DNA of 64,000 nucleotides from Betaproteobacteria bacterium. Lineage in GTDB: Bacteria; Pseudomonadota; Gammaproteobacteria; Burkholderiales; SG8-39. The notes beneath the pieces were generated by a model, which saw only the letters and a program-made list of their open reading frames with translations, was not told the DNA's origin and did not search any database. Each line of letters starts with the position of its first letter. Within the stretch, counting starts at the first letter, position 1. Made by a program: the position numbers and the translations under genes. The DNA is taken from positions 53,400 to 117,399 of the forward strand of contig CANIIA010000001.1 of NCBI GenBank assembly GCA_947467435.1, read 5' to 3'. Positions 1 through 9,225 of the stretch are shown piece after piece.

Positions 1-385
1 CAGCAAACGGCAGAATCCAGAACGACCAGTTGTTCATGCGCGCAAACGCCATGTCCGCCGCGCCGATTTGAATCGGGATCAACCAATTTGCAAAGCCCAC
101 GAAGGCCGGCATGATCGCGCCGAACACCATGATCAAACCATGCATGGTGGTCATCGAATTAAAGAAATCCGGATTCACCAGTTGCAAACCCGGTTGAAAT
201 AATTCGGCGCGAATCACCATGGCCATGGCGCCGCCGACCATGAACATCACAAAGCTAAACCACAGATACATCGAACCGATGTCTTTGTGGTTAGTGGTGG
301 TGATCCAACGCATCAACCCCGTTGGAGTGTGATGATGATCATCATGATCGTGTGCGTGGCCGTGTGGGTCGAGGACTGCGCTCAT
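1..385 (-). CDS. ctaD: cytochrome c oxidase subunit I, N-terminal part (gene continues past window start)
   Basis: Absent from the ORF track because it runs off the window. My reverse-strand translation from ATG 385..383 gives MSAVLDPHGHAHDHDDHHHTPTGLMRWITTTNHKDIGSMYLWFSFVMFMVGGAMAMVIRAELFQPG...AFVGFANWLIPIQIGAADMAFARMNNWSFW, the conserved haem-copper oxidase subunit I N-terminus. It lies about 47 nt downstream of the subunit II gene. Confidence 0.9.
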   Translation of the reverse strand, partial: MSAVLDPHGHAHDHDDHHHTPTGLMRWITTTNHKDIGSMYLWFSFVMFMVGGAMAMVIRAELFQPGLQLVNPDFFNSMTTMHGLIMVFGAIMPAFVGFANWLIPIQIGAADMAFARMNNWSFWILPFA

Positions 386-432
386 GAGAGAGTCTCCGGA
401 AGGTAATCGTTAATCAGAATGAGGGAAGCGAT

Positions 433-1629
433 TTACTTGCGTAGCGCCGCTACGTCGGCAGGCTGCACAACACCAGCGTTGTTGCCCCAAGAATTTCGTG
501 TGTAGGTGAGCACCGAAGCAAGCTCGGTATCGTTGAGTTGTTTTCCAAATGCAGCCATCGCGGTGCCTTGCTTGCCGTTGAGCACCAGTGCGATTTGCAC
601 GTTCTTGTCACCGTTCACCACCTTCGAACCAGACAACGCCGGGAAAGCCGGCGGCATTCCTTTACCCGTGGCCTGATGGCAGCCAATGCAATTGGCCGTG
701 TAAATTTTCTCGCCCATGGTTTTCAGTTCAGCGGGCGTGTACGTTTTAGCGGCACTCGCTGCTGCAGGCGCAGGGGCGGCGGCAACGACCGTGCTCGCAT
801 CGGCGGCCGGCCCAGCTGCATCAGACACAGCCCCGGGATTTTTTTGTGAGGCGACCCACTTGGTGTAATCCTCTGCACTCACCACGCGCACCACAATCGG
901 CATAAACCCGTGGTTTTTACCGCACAACTCGACACACTGACCACGATAAACGCCGAGTTTGTTTGCCGTGAAATGCGTGTCACGAATAAATCCTGGCATG
1001 GCATCTTGCTTGGCGCCAAAGGCCGGAATCCACCACGAATGAATCACATCCGCTGCGGTCGTGAGAATGCGTACTTTTTTACCGATCGGGACGACCATTT
1101 CGTTGTCGACTTCGAGCAAATAATTTTCACCCTTGCTTTCGGTGCCTTCAATTTGCGCGTGAGGCGTTTTTAACTGCGAGACAAAGCTGATGCCTTCGCC
1201 TTCGCCTTTGACGTAGTCATAGCCCCACTTCCACTGGTGGCCGGTGACTTTGATGGTGAGCTCTGAGTTCGTGGTGTCTTTTTGTGCGATCACCAACTTA
1301 GTTGCTGGCCAAACGATCACGATCAATAGCAACAGAGGGATCACCGTCCAAATGATTTCAACGGTGGTGTTCTCGTGAAAGTTCGCCGCCTTCGCGCCTT
1401 TGGATTTGCGATGAGCAAACACCGAATAAAACATCACGCCGAACACGCCGACAAAAATCACGACGATCAGGATCATCACGTATTCGTGGATGGTATGAAT
1501 ATCGGCGCCGATCTTGGTCGCGGGTTCACGCAGATTCCATTCCAATGCCTGGGCCGCGCCGGCTAGCGTGAATGCCGCGAGCGCCATCAGTGCGATGCGT
1601 GCCAGCTTAATTATCGAAGTGCGTTGCAT
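433..1629 (-). CDS. coxB: cytochrome c oxidase subunit II with fused C-terminal cytochrome c domain
   Basis: ORF 433..1725. The likely start is the ATG at 1629 (MQRTSIIKLARIALMALAAF, signal/TM). CuA motif HSWWIPAFG...CVELCGKNHGFM and a C-terminal haem-binding CIGCH are present. Confidence 0.9.
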   Translation of the reverse strand: MQRTSIIKLARIALMALAAFTLAGAAQALEWNLREPATKIGADIHTIHEYVMILIVVIFVGVFGVMFYSVFAHRKSKGAKAANFHENTTVEIIWTVIPLLLLIVIVWPATKLVIAQKDTTNSELTIKVTGHQWKWGYDYVKGEGEGISFVSQLKTPHAQIEGTESKGENYLLEVDNEMVVPIGKKVRILTTAADVIHSWWIPAFGAKQDAMPGFIRDTHFTANKLGVYRGQCVELCGKNHGFMPIVVRVVSAEDYTKWVASQKNPGAVSDAAGPAADASTVVAAAPAPAAASAAKTYTPAELKTMGEKIYTANCIGCHQATGKGMPPAFPALSGSKVVNGDKNVQIALVLNGKQGTAMAAFGKQLNDTELASVLTYTRNSWGNNAGVVQPADVAALRK

Positions 1630-1820
1630 GCTCACCCTTTCAAAAACCATGACTTCTTTTTTGGTACGTTGTTGTCCAGCACGTTGTTCAAACGCACACG
1701 CAACGAAAGAGCGCGAATTTAACATATTGCCCCCTACGAGGACAAGGCAGGAAACCGCGCTAACACCCCGAATTCAGAGCGTTTTTTCGATACTGCGTGA
1801 CACTGACGGGGGCGCAAGCC

Positions 1821-2516
1821 TTAGCGGTGACGGCGAATCGAATCGATGTTGACCACCGCAGGCTCGCCTGCGTGACGGCGTGAAACGCCTTTCCACGCAT
1901 GGCCATAAATAATTTCAAAGGCCAGCGCTGGACGCGCATCCGTCGACATTGAGACCAGGCGCGGCGGCGCCGGCAAACGCCCGGCCAACCACTGTTCGCG
2001 CGCGAGCTGTTCGTGATCGGAATAGTTGAGATGGAAGACTTCCATGTCCATGACCGGTGCAGAAAATCCGCATTGCGTGAGTAGATCACCCAAGTCGTGC
2101 ATATCGAGGTACTGCGGCGGCTGGTCGATCTCACGCAACGTATCTGGCCCAAAACAAGAAAACATCAACAAGCCCTCTGGCTGCAAGACACGAGCAAACT
2201 CGCGCAAGACCGCGGCTGCATCCGCCAGATGCACCGCCATGTTCGACCAAACCAAACCCATACTCGCTTGGGCCAAAGGCAGAGCTGCGAGGTCTGCGCA
2301 AACACGCGAGACGCGCGGCGTACGTCGCCACGGCGCAAACCATTGCGGTAGCGCAATGTGCTGCAACATCGCGTGCGACCGATCTAACGCACACAACTTG
2401 GCGCGCGGAAATCGCGCTTGTAGCCCAGCGGCCTGCGGTGCTGGCCCACATCCGGCATCGAGCATCCAAGCTGGATCTAACTTGACATAAGCCAAGCGCT
2501 CTAACATGCGCTGCCC
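1821..2516 (-). CDS. class I SAM-dependent methyltransferase, BioC-like
   Basis: ORF 1821..2759 carries the SAM-binding motif LDAGCGPAP and a BioC-like N-terminal segment, AAALELEVGQRMLERL. The start is uncertain (GTG 2516 or ATG 2507). The upstream part of the ORF overlaps the amidase gene. Confidence 0.7.
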   Translation of the reverse strand, partial: GQRMLERLAYVKLDPAWMLDAGCGPAPQAAGLQARFPRAKLCALDRSHAMLQHIALPQWFAPWRRTPRVSRVCADLAALPLAQASMGLVWSNMAVHLADAAAVLREFARVLQPEGLLMFSCFGPDTLREIDQPPQYLDMHDLGDLLTQCGFSAPVMDMEVFHLNYSDHEQLAREQWLAGRLPAPPRLVSMSTDARPALAFEIIYGHAWKGVSRRHAGEPAVVNIDSIRRHR

Positions 2517-2563
2517 CACCTCCAGCTCGAGTGCGGCGGCAGCGAGATATTGCTTGGCGGTAC

Positions 2564-3922
2564 TCAGTGGCGTGCCGTCAATGAGGTGAGCGTCTGCTCG
2601 ATACTTTGGGCAATAGCGAGGATTTGCGCATCGCTGCCGCCCATCCCCATCACCGACAAACCAACCGGCGCCGCACCAGGACTTTGGCAGGGTACGGTCG
2701 CTTCGCATGCATCCAAAATATTTGCGATGCCGGTGTTGCGTAACAAACGCATATTCCATTGCACATAAGCCTCATCACTGGCTTGTGCTTCGCTGATACT
2801 CGGCGCGGTCGCGGCGGCCGTCGGAAACAACAACGCATCAAATGGCGCGGTGAGCGCGCGTGCTTGCTGGATCAACACCGCGCGGTCTAAACCAAGCTGA
2901 ATGTAATCGCCCGCGGCAAACTGCTGACCCAACACTACACGCGAGGACACACGGGGGTCGTACTCAGCGGCGTGTTGCGCAAGAATCCCGCGATGAATTT
3001 GCCACGCTTCTGCGCCAGCAAAACCACCGTTATTGAAGAACGTTTGCGCTTGCGTCAACAAGGGTGTGGGCACCCGTTGAATGTTCGCACCCGCCTTTGA
3101 AAGTGTTTGCAACGCACGTTCAAATGCTTGCGCCACGATGGGATCCAGTGCATCGAGCAAACTACATTCGGGCACCATGAAGCGCAGTCCACTCAACGGC
3201 AAGGCTTGGGGTAACTGCGGCGTGGCACCTGCAAGAATGGCGTCAAATATCGCGCAACACGCAACGCTGTTGGCTAAGGGGCCAACCGAATCTAAGGTGT
3301 ACGACAACGGAAACGCACCTGCCCGTGGAATGCGTGAGGCTGTGGGTTTGAAACCACTCACACCACACAACGCAGCAGGTAAGCGCACCGAGCCACGCGT
3401 GTCTGAGCCCAATGCCATCACGCACATCGCATCCGCGACCGATACCGCAGCACCCGAAGAAGACCCCCCAGGCACACGGCCCGTTTGACGATCAAACGGA
3501 TTTTTTGGTGTGCCGTAATGCGGATTCAAACCCACACCACCAAATGCAAACTCCACCATGTTGGTTCGACCAACCAACACCGCGCCAGCAGCGCGCAAAC
3601 GCGCAACCACCGGTGCGTCATGCGCCGCCGGCGATGCGCCACGCAATGCTTTCGAGCCAGCACGGGTGACATCTCCTGCAACGTCATACAAATCCTTCAC
3701 TGAAACCGGTAGCCCCTCGACTGGTGAACGGCAAATGCCTGCGGCACGTAATTGATCTGACAGCGCTGCTTCGGCCAAAGCGGTTTTTGCATAGGTGGCT
3801 GTAAAGGTGCGCGCGCCCTCGCCTTGCGGATCGGCAATGCGCTCAAGCGCAGCTTGTACAAGTTGCACGCTGGTCGTACGTCCGGCAGCCAAGTCCGCCG
3901 ATAGAGAAGCGACAGTCCACAT
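2564..3922 (-). CDS. amidase (amidase-signature family, GatA-like)
   Basis: ORF 2564..3994. The start is probably ATG 3922 (MWTVASLSADL), preceded by GAAGGA. The amidase-signature stretch GGSSSGAAVSVA and the SVKD motif are present. Confidence 0.85.
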   Translation of the reverse strand: MWTVASLSADLAAGRTTSVQLVQAALERIADPQGEGARTFTATYAKTALAEAALSDQLRAAGICRSPVEGLPVSVKDLYDVAGDVTRAGSKALRGASPAAHDAPVVARLRAAGAVLVGRTNMVEFAFGGVGLNPHYGTPKNPFDRQTGRVPGGSSSGAAVSVADAMCVMALGSDTRGSVRLPAALCGVSGFKPTASRIPRAGAFPLSYTLDSVGPLANSVACCAIFDAILAGATPQLPQALPLSGLRFMVPECSLLDALDPIVAQAFERALQTLSKAGANIQRVPTPLLTQAQTFFNNGGFAGAEAWQIHRGILAQHAAEYDPRVSSRVVLGQQFAAGDYIQLGLDRAVLIQQARALTAPFDALLFPTAAATAPSISEAQASDEAYVQWNMRLLRNTGIANILDACEATVPCQSPGAAPVGLSVMGMGGSDAQILAIAQSIEQTLTSLTARH

Positions 3923-4160
3923 AAAAAAATCCTTCGTGTGTTTGAAAGCTGTTAGAGGTGCAAACAAGCGCAAGGATGACGCATCGGGGCGCACATCTCA
4001 ACCATCAAACCGCAAGATCATCGGTAATCTAAAGTCCCAATCCGTCACGGTCCCCATGACGGTATGCCTCACAGCGCCCACAAGCGTTCATTACCGCCGC
4101 TGTCGATAACTTTTCATCCCTCCTGACCTCCATGTTGACCACCTTGAGCCTGTTACGCTG

Positions 4161-4886
4161 ATGTTTGACTCACTCAAACGCGTGCTAGCACCTGCTTGTC
4201 AGAGCGCACATCACCAATTGCAACGCATCTTTTCTGGATGTTGCGTGTTGTGTCAGGGGCACACCGATGCTGCACCGGTTTGCGCCGGTTGCGCGCGCGA
4301 CTTACCAAGGATGCCGCGCGCTTGTTGTGCGCGTTGCGCATTACCTTGGTCACCACCAGGTCAATGCGCGCGCTGCGATCGTTTACCACCGGCCTTTGAT
4401 GGCAGTGTGGCTTGTTATCGCTATGGGTTTGCCAGCGACCAACTGATTCACGCGCTGAAATTTCAAGGCCGACTCGCGCTCGGTGCTTGGCTTGGTGCGC
4501 GTCTCGCCGAGGTGGTTGGCCCCAGCTTACCTGTGGATGTGGTGGTGCCCGTTCCACTCGCCACAGCGCGTTTACGACAACGTGGTTGTAATCAAGCCCT
4601 AGAAATCGCGCGCGTTGTGGCACAAACGCACGCATTGATTCTCGATCCGCATGTAGTTCAACGTGTGCGCGATACACCGTCACAACGCGGACTGCGTTTA
4701 ACGCAGCGCCAACAAAATTTGCGTGGTGCGTTTTTATGTCGACGGCCATTGATTGGGTTGCGTATCGGGCTCGTCGATGATGTCATGACCAGTGGCGCAA
4801 CATTGCATGCGGTGGCCGCCGAATTAAAACGTGCCGGTGCACAAAGCGTGGTGAATTGGGTGGTGGCACGCACCGACGTCGATTAG
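4161..4886 (+). CDS. comF: ComF family protein (amidophosphoribosyltransferase-like)
   Basis: 241 aa with N-terminal Cys pairs (CVLCQG, CAGC, CARC, CARC) and a C-terminal PRTase motif, GLVDDVMTSGATL. Confidence 0.85.
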   Translation: MFDSLKRVLAPACQSAHHQLQRIFSGCCVLCQGHTDAAPVCAGCARDLPRMPRACCARCALPWSPPGQCARCDRLPPAFDGSVACYRYGFASDQLIHALKFQGRLALGAWLGARLAEVVGPSLPVDVVVPVPLATARLRQRGCNQALEIARVVAQTHALILDPHVVQRVRDTPSQRGLRLTQRQQNLRGAFLCRRPLIGLRIGLVDDVMTSGATLHAVAAELKRAGAQSVVNWVVARTDVD

Positions 4887-5012
4887 CCGCGGATCGCGTC
4901 TCGCCGGCCAAGCAAACACCCGGTGAATCAGCATCGTTGCAGACGGCAGGCACGCCACTTCGATTACCATCGCTGCTTTAAGTGCATCCTCTGTCTATCG
5001 ATCGCAACGCGC

Positions 5013-5477
5013 ATGTTCCATATTGTTCTTGTTCATCCAGAAATTCCACCCAATACGGGCAACGTCATTCGACTGGCCGCTAACACGGGCGCTGAATTAC
5101 ATTTAGTTGAACCGCTGGGGTATTCGCTCGATGACAAACAATTGAAGCGTGCCGGTTTGGATTACCACGAGTACACCCGTCTTCATGTTCACGCGAATTG
5201 GTCTGCATTGCGTGCGGCATTAGTCGATGCACGCATGTTTGCCTGCACCACGTCAGGCACGCAGCGTCATACCGACGTGGCATTTCGTGCAGGGGATGCG
5301 TTTGTATTTGGTCAAGAAACGCGTGGGCTACCTGCCGAAGTGATGCAAACGTTTTCTTCTGACGCACGCATTCGTTTGCCGATGCGGCCCGGCAATCGAA
5401 GTTTAAATTTATCGAATGCGGTTGCTGTGATGGTGTTTGAAGCTTGGCGCCAACACCAATTTATCGGTAGCGAATAA
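5013..5477 (+). CDS. trmL: tRNA (cytidine/uridine-34 2'-O)-methyltransferase TrmL (SpoU family)
   Basis: From ATG 5013: MFHIVLVHPEIPPNTGNVIRLAANTGAELHLVEPLGY...NLSNAVAVMVFEAWRQ, the typical TrmL sequence and length (about 154 aa). Confidence 0.9.
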   Translation: MFHIVLVHPEIPPNTGNVIRLAANTGAELHLVEPLGYSLDDKQLKRAGLDYHEYTRLHVHANWSALRAALVDARMFACTTSGTQRHTDVAFRAGDAFVFGQETRGLPAEVMQTFSSDARIRLPMRPGNRSLNLSNAVAVMVFEAWRQHQFIGSE

Positions 5478-5478
5478 C

Positions 5479-6471
5479 TCAATGCTCGGCGCGTGGATCA
5501 CGCGCCAACAATAAATCCAACGCGGCGGCCGGCGTGCGTTGCCCAGTTAACACCGCGTTGACTGACTGACATATCGGCATCTCGACTTGATATTGCTGCG
5601 CCAAGGCTTGTACTGCCGCAGCACAGGCCACACCTTCAGCCACATGACCCAGCGTGGCCAACACTTGCGCTAAGGGTTGGCCTGTGGCCAAGGCCAATCC
5701 AACGCGACGATTGCGTGATAACTGTCCGGTGGCGGTGAGTATTAAGTCTCCAGCCCCCGTTAAGCCCATCAAGGTTTCGGGTGATGCCCCCATGGCAACA
5801 CCTAAGCGCTGAATTTCAACCAAACCTCGCGTAATCAACGCAGCACGTGCGTTTTGTCCTAAACCAAGACCATCGCCAATGCCCACCGCAATAGCTAAGA
5901 CGTTTTTTGTTGCGCCACCAATCTCGACGCCGGTGAGGTCTTCAGACCAGTACACCCGCAAGCGTCCACCGTGTAATGCCGCCGCCGTATCCCGCGCAAA
6001 GGTGGTGTGATGCGACGCCAAGGTCAACGCACAAGGCAATCCTTGCGCGACTTCTTGCGCAAACGAAGGCCCAGATAACGCGCCACAGGCAGGGGGTGTA
6101 TTGGCGTACACCTCGGCCACCACTTGATGCGGTAAGCGGTTGGTGCCGACTTCAACGCCCTTGCATAACCACAGCACAGGACAATCACGCGCCGCGCTCT
6201 TAGACAGAGCGAGGCTGGTCTCACGCAAGCCCGCCATCGGTGTTGCAATGATGCACAGATCGGCTGCGTGAATCGCAACAGAAAAATCTGGCGTGATGGC
6301 AATCGACTCGGGCAACTGGGTGTCTGGCAGATAACGCGCGTTACAACGCGTGCGTTGCATTTCTTGCGCTTGCTTTGCATCACGCACCCATAAACAAACG
6401 GTGTGCCGCGCAGCTAGATTCACCGCCAAGGCGGTACCCCAGGCACCTGCGCCGAGGACGGCAATCTTCAT
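5479..6471 (-). CDS. gpsA: NAD(P)H-dependent glycerol-3-phosphate dehydrogenase
   Basis: From ATG 6471: MKIAVLGAGAWGTALA Rossmann start, plus the GATKNVLAIAVGIGDGLGLGQNARAAL signature region. Confidence 0.95.
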   Translation of the reverse strand: MKIAVLGAGAWGTALAVNLAARHTVCLWVRDAKQAQEMQRTRCNARYLPDTQLPESIAITPDFSVAIHAADLCIIATPMAGLRETSLALSKSAARDCPVLWLCKGVEVGTNRLPHQVVAEVYANTPPACGALSGPSFAQEVAQGLPCALTLASHHTTFARDTAAALHGGRLRVYWSEDLTGVEIGGATKNVLAIAVGIGDGLGLGQNARAALITRGLVEIQRLGVAMGASPETLMGLTGAGDLILTATGQLSRNRRVGLALATGQPLAQVLATLGHVAEGVACAAAVQALAQQYQVEMPICQSVNAVLTGQRTPAAALDLLLARDPRAEH

Positions 6472-6481
6472 ACGCTGTGCT

Positions 6482-6925
6482 TCAACGACCCCAAACCGCG
6501 TTGGCGCGCACAAAGCCGGTGGCACCACTATCGTGACGTACGCGCAACCATCCTGCGGTACTCACTTCCACCAACTCAAGCGCCACGTCTTGGCCAATTT
6601 GCAACACACTCGGCGCACCCTCTTCAGGACGAGCCAACACATCGATCGTTGGACTCGTGACCAACACCGAGCGCCGCTCGCTGAGTTGTTTTTTTTCAAC
6701 CCAGGATAACGCGCCCGTGTGATCACGCACCTTGACCCACGCCTCGAGGTTGACGATCACTTCGAGTGGATAGAGAGGTGAGGCAACATACAAACGTTTT
6801 GCAGATCGCGACGGTGCGTCATACATCACCACCGGCGCTGGACCAACGGAACGAAAATCTGCTGCCTGCGCCCCACCCATCATGCAGAGTAGGCTGCACA
6901 CAACGAGGGCGCCACGCATCGACAT
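6482..6925 (-). CDS. secreted SH3-like domain protein
   Basis: 147 aa with a signal peptide (MSMRGALVVCSLLCMMGGAQA) and two SH3b-like repeats (WVKVRD.., WLRVRHDSGATGFV). It sits between secB and gpsA, a position I recall as conserved in Burkholderiales. Confidence 0.6.
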   Translation of the reverse strand: MSMRGALVVCSLLCMMGGAQAADFRSVGPAPVVMYDAPSRSAKRLYVASPLYPLEVIVNLEAWVKVRDHTGALSWVEKKQLSERRSVLVTSPTIDVLARPEEGAPSVLQIGQDVALELVEVSTAGWLRVRHDSGATGFVRANAVWGR

Positions 6926-7413
6926 TAGCTTGCCAACTCGATTCGTCCGGCGGTGTCATCACGACCCGCGCCCACCGCAGCAGCTTGTGCTTGCTGCTGA
7001 CGTTGTAAGTACAAGGCTTCAAACGACATCGGCGCTAAGACGACCGGCGGAAAGCCCGCGCGAGTCACTAAATCAGAAATTGCTTCGCGTGCATACGGAT
7101 ACAACACTGTTGGGCAACCAATACCCAACAACGCATCGAGCTCGGCTTCGGGCACGCCCTGAATCGCAAAAATACCGGCTTGGGCGACCTCAACTAAAAA
7201 CTGCGTCTTTTCACCTACCCGTGCCGTCGCGGTCACAGTGATCGTCACTTCGTATAGGGTGTCAGCAAATTGTTGCGCTTGTTGACCGACTTGAATTTCT
7301 AGCTGCGGCGCCTCTGCCTGCAAAAACACATTCGGCGCCAGCGGACTTTCAAGGGAAGCATCCTTCACGTAAATTTTTTCGATGCTGAAACTTGCTTGCG
7401 CTGCGTCGCTCAT
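6925..7413 (-). CDS. secB: protein-export chaperone SecB
   Basis: 162 aa. FSIEKIYVKDASLESPLAPNVF...GCPTVLYPYAREAISDLVTRAGFPPVVLAPMSFEALY is the SecB core. Confidence 0.9.
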   Translation of the reverse strand: MSDAAQASFSIEKIYVKDASLESPLAPNVFLQAEAPQLEIQVGQQAQQFADTLYEVTITVTATARVGEKTQFLVEVAQAGIFAIQGVPEAELDALLGIGCPTVLYPYAREAISDLVTRAGFPPVVLAPMSFEALYLQRQQQAQAAAVGAGRDDTAGRIELAS

Positions 7414-7469
7414 CGCGTTCTCGCTTGAGTTGAAATGTGACGTTGAAATAAATTCTGTATGTGTTGGCG

Positions 7470-7736
7470 TTAACCCTTGAGCATCGCGTCCAACCGACCC
7501 GCGCTCTCAAGGGCGTGCAAATCGTCGCAACCACCAATGTGCGTTTCACCAATCCAAATCTGCGGAACCGTGTGACGGCCCGAGCGTTGCTGCATCTCGG
7601 CGCGACGTTCAGGTTGCAAATCGACGCGAATTTTTTCGAGTGCAGCGCCCGCCCCTTTTTTAATCAACAACGCTTCGGCAGCAATGCAATAAGGACAGGT
7701 CGCGGTGCAATACATTTGAACGGAGGGCATGCTCAT
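7470..7736 (-). CDS. grxC: glutaredoxin 3
   Basis: CPYC active site and the TVPQIWIGETHIGGCDDL motif. ATG 7736 forms an ATGA overlap with the upstream rhodanese stop. Confidence 0.9.
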   Translation of the reverse strand: MSMPSVQMYCTATCPYCIAAEALLIKKGAGAALEKIRVDLQPERRAEMQQRSGRHTVPQIWIGETHIGGCDDLHALESAGRLDAMLKG

Positions 7737-8155
7737 TTGGTCACCGGTAAACCCGCTTGCTTCCACGCGGCGACACCACCCGTCAGGCTTTGCACGTGAC
7801 TAAATCCTTTACCGCGTAACAATTTGCTCGCTTGAATACTGGGTTTAGCACCTTCGCCGCAGACTACGATAATCGGTTTGTCACGGTACGCATCCAGTTC
7901 GCTGACACGACTGTCCAAATGCATCACGGGGATATTGCGAGCGCCCAACAAATGGCTTTGCGCGAATTCCGCTGCATCACGCACATCGAGCACCAGCGCA
8001 TCTTCCCGATTAATGCTTTGCGTGGCTTGTAGCGTATTTATCCAAGGACCGCCGGCGCCTCGGCGTAGATAGGGCCAAATCAACATCAAGCCCGAGGCCA
8101 ATGCCACAGCAACCAACATAAAGTTTTTTTGGAGAAATTCCACGGGGCTCTTCAA
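7733..8155 (-). CDS. rhodanese-like domain protein with N-terminal membrane anchor
   Basis: 140 aa with an N-terminal TM segment and a rhodanese fold (LVLDVRDAAEFAQSHLLGARNIP...IIVVCGEGAKP...GGVAAWKQAGLPV). Confidence 0.8.
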   Translation of the reverse strand: MKSPVEFLQKNFMLVAVALASGLMLIWPYLRRGAGGPWINTLQATQSINREDALVLDVRDAAEFAQSHLLGARNIPVMHLDSRVSELDAYRDKPIIVVCGEGAKPSIQASKLLRGKGFSHVQSLTGGVAAWKQAGLPVTK

Positions 8156-8300
8156 CAGAGGGAAAGGAGAGTCATTATAGAATAGGTGCCGTCGGCTTTC
8201 GAAAAATCCGACACTTCTCGCGATTTATTTTGCTGGTCCTGTGTCTGCCGCGACGGCGGCTTGTTTTGCTGCTTCTTCTACCATTGGGTGTTGATCACGT

Positions 8301-9053
8301 ATGTATACCCTTGTTCTGTTGCGCCACGGTGAGTCTGACTGGAACCGTGAAAACCGCTTTACTGGATGGACTGACGTCGACCTCTCAACGCGTGGCGTTG
8401 AAGAGGCCCGCGCTGCGGGTGCCTTACTCAAGGCCGAGGGCTTTGATTTTGATGTGGCCTACACCTCCGTGTTGCGTCGTGCGATCAAAACCTTGTGGTT
8501 ATCGCTCGAAGCGCTCGATCGGATGTGGATTCCCGTGACCCACAGCTGGCGATTGAATGAACGGCATTACGGCGCACTGCAAGGGCTCAACAAAGCCGAA
8601 ACAGCAGCGCAATTTGGTGAGCAACAAGTGTTGGTCTGGCGGCGAAGTTATGACACACCGCCACCGCCGCTCGAACGCGACGATCCGCGTCGGCCCGAAG
8701 GTGACCCACGTTACGCTGGGTTATCGGCAGCCGAGCTACCCAACACCGAATGCTTGAAAGACACCGTGGCGCGGGTGTTGCCGTTTTGGCAGTCACAAAT
8801 CGCGCCCGCTATCACCAGTGGCAAACGCGTGATCGTCGCAGCGCATGGCAATTCACTGCGTGCGCTGATCAAATACCTCGATGCCGTCTCAGACACGGAT
8901 ATTGTTGGATTAAACATCCCCACGGCAGCGCCGCTGGTTTACACCTTAGATGCGCAACTGCGCCCCCTACATCATCGCTACTTAGGGGATGCCGAGGAAA
9001 TCGCACGCCGCATCGCCGCCGTATCTAGCCAAGGCAAAGCCGCCGGACATTAA
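8301..9053 (+). CDS. gpmA: 2,3-bisphosphoglycerate-dependent phosphoglycerate mutase
   Basis: [29 protein letters not shown] with the catalytic RHGE motif, and [13 protein letters not shown] further on. Confidence 0.95.
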   Translation: MYTLVLLRHGESDWNRENRFTGWTDVDLSTRGVEEARAAGALLKAEGFDFDVAYTSVLRRAIKTLWLSLEALDRMWIPVTHSWRLNERHYGALQGLNKAETAAQFGEQQVLVWRRSYDTPPPPLERDDPRRPEGDPRYAGLSAAELPNTECLKDTVARVLPFWQSQIAPAITSGKRVIVAAHGNSLRALIKYLDAVSDTDIVGLNIPTAAPLVYTLDAQLRPLHHRYLGDAEEIARRIAAVSSQGKAAGH

Positions 9054-9225
9054 CGTGCGCCCGCGGCGCCCCGAACGCCTTTGGTCAGTGCGCGGGAACT
9101 TTGCAGTCTTTGCATCGGTCCATCGGTCACGTGTGTATAGAAACCCTGCCGATCAGGCTTATACTCAGTGACCGCAAGCCGTGTCTTGCGGCGCGCACGC
9201 CGCGCATCTTCAGGAGCCAGAGCAC

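Noticed and set aside
1782-1795. Exact 14-mer TTTTTTCGATACTG shared between the coxB upstream region (1782..1795) and the ahcY leader (28932..28945).
   Set aside because: With about 2e9 same-strand position pairs in 64 kb against 4^14 (about 2.7e8) possible 14-mers, several chance 14-mer coincidences are expected. The flanks do not extend the match.
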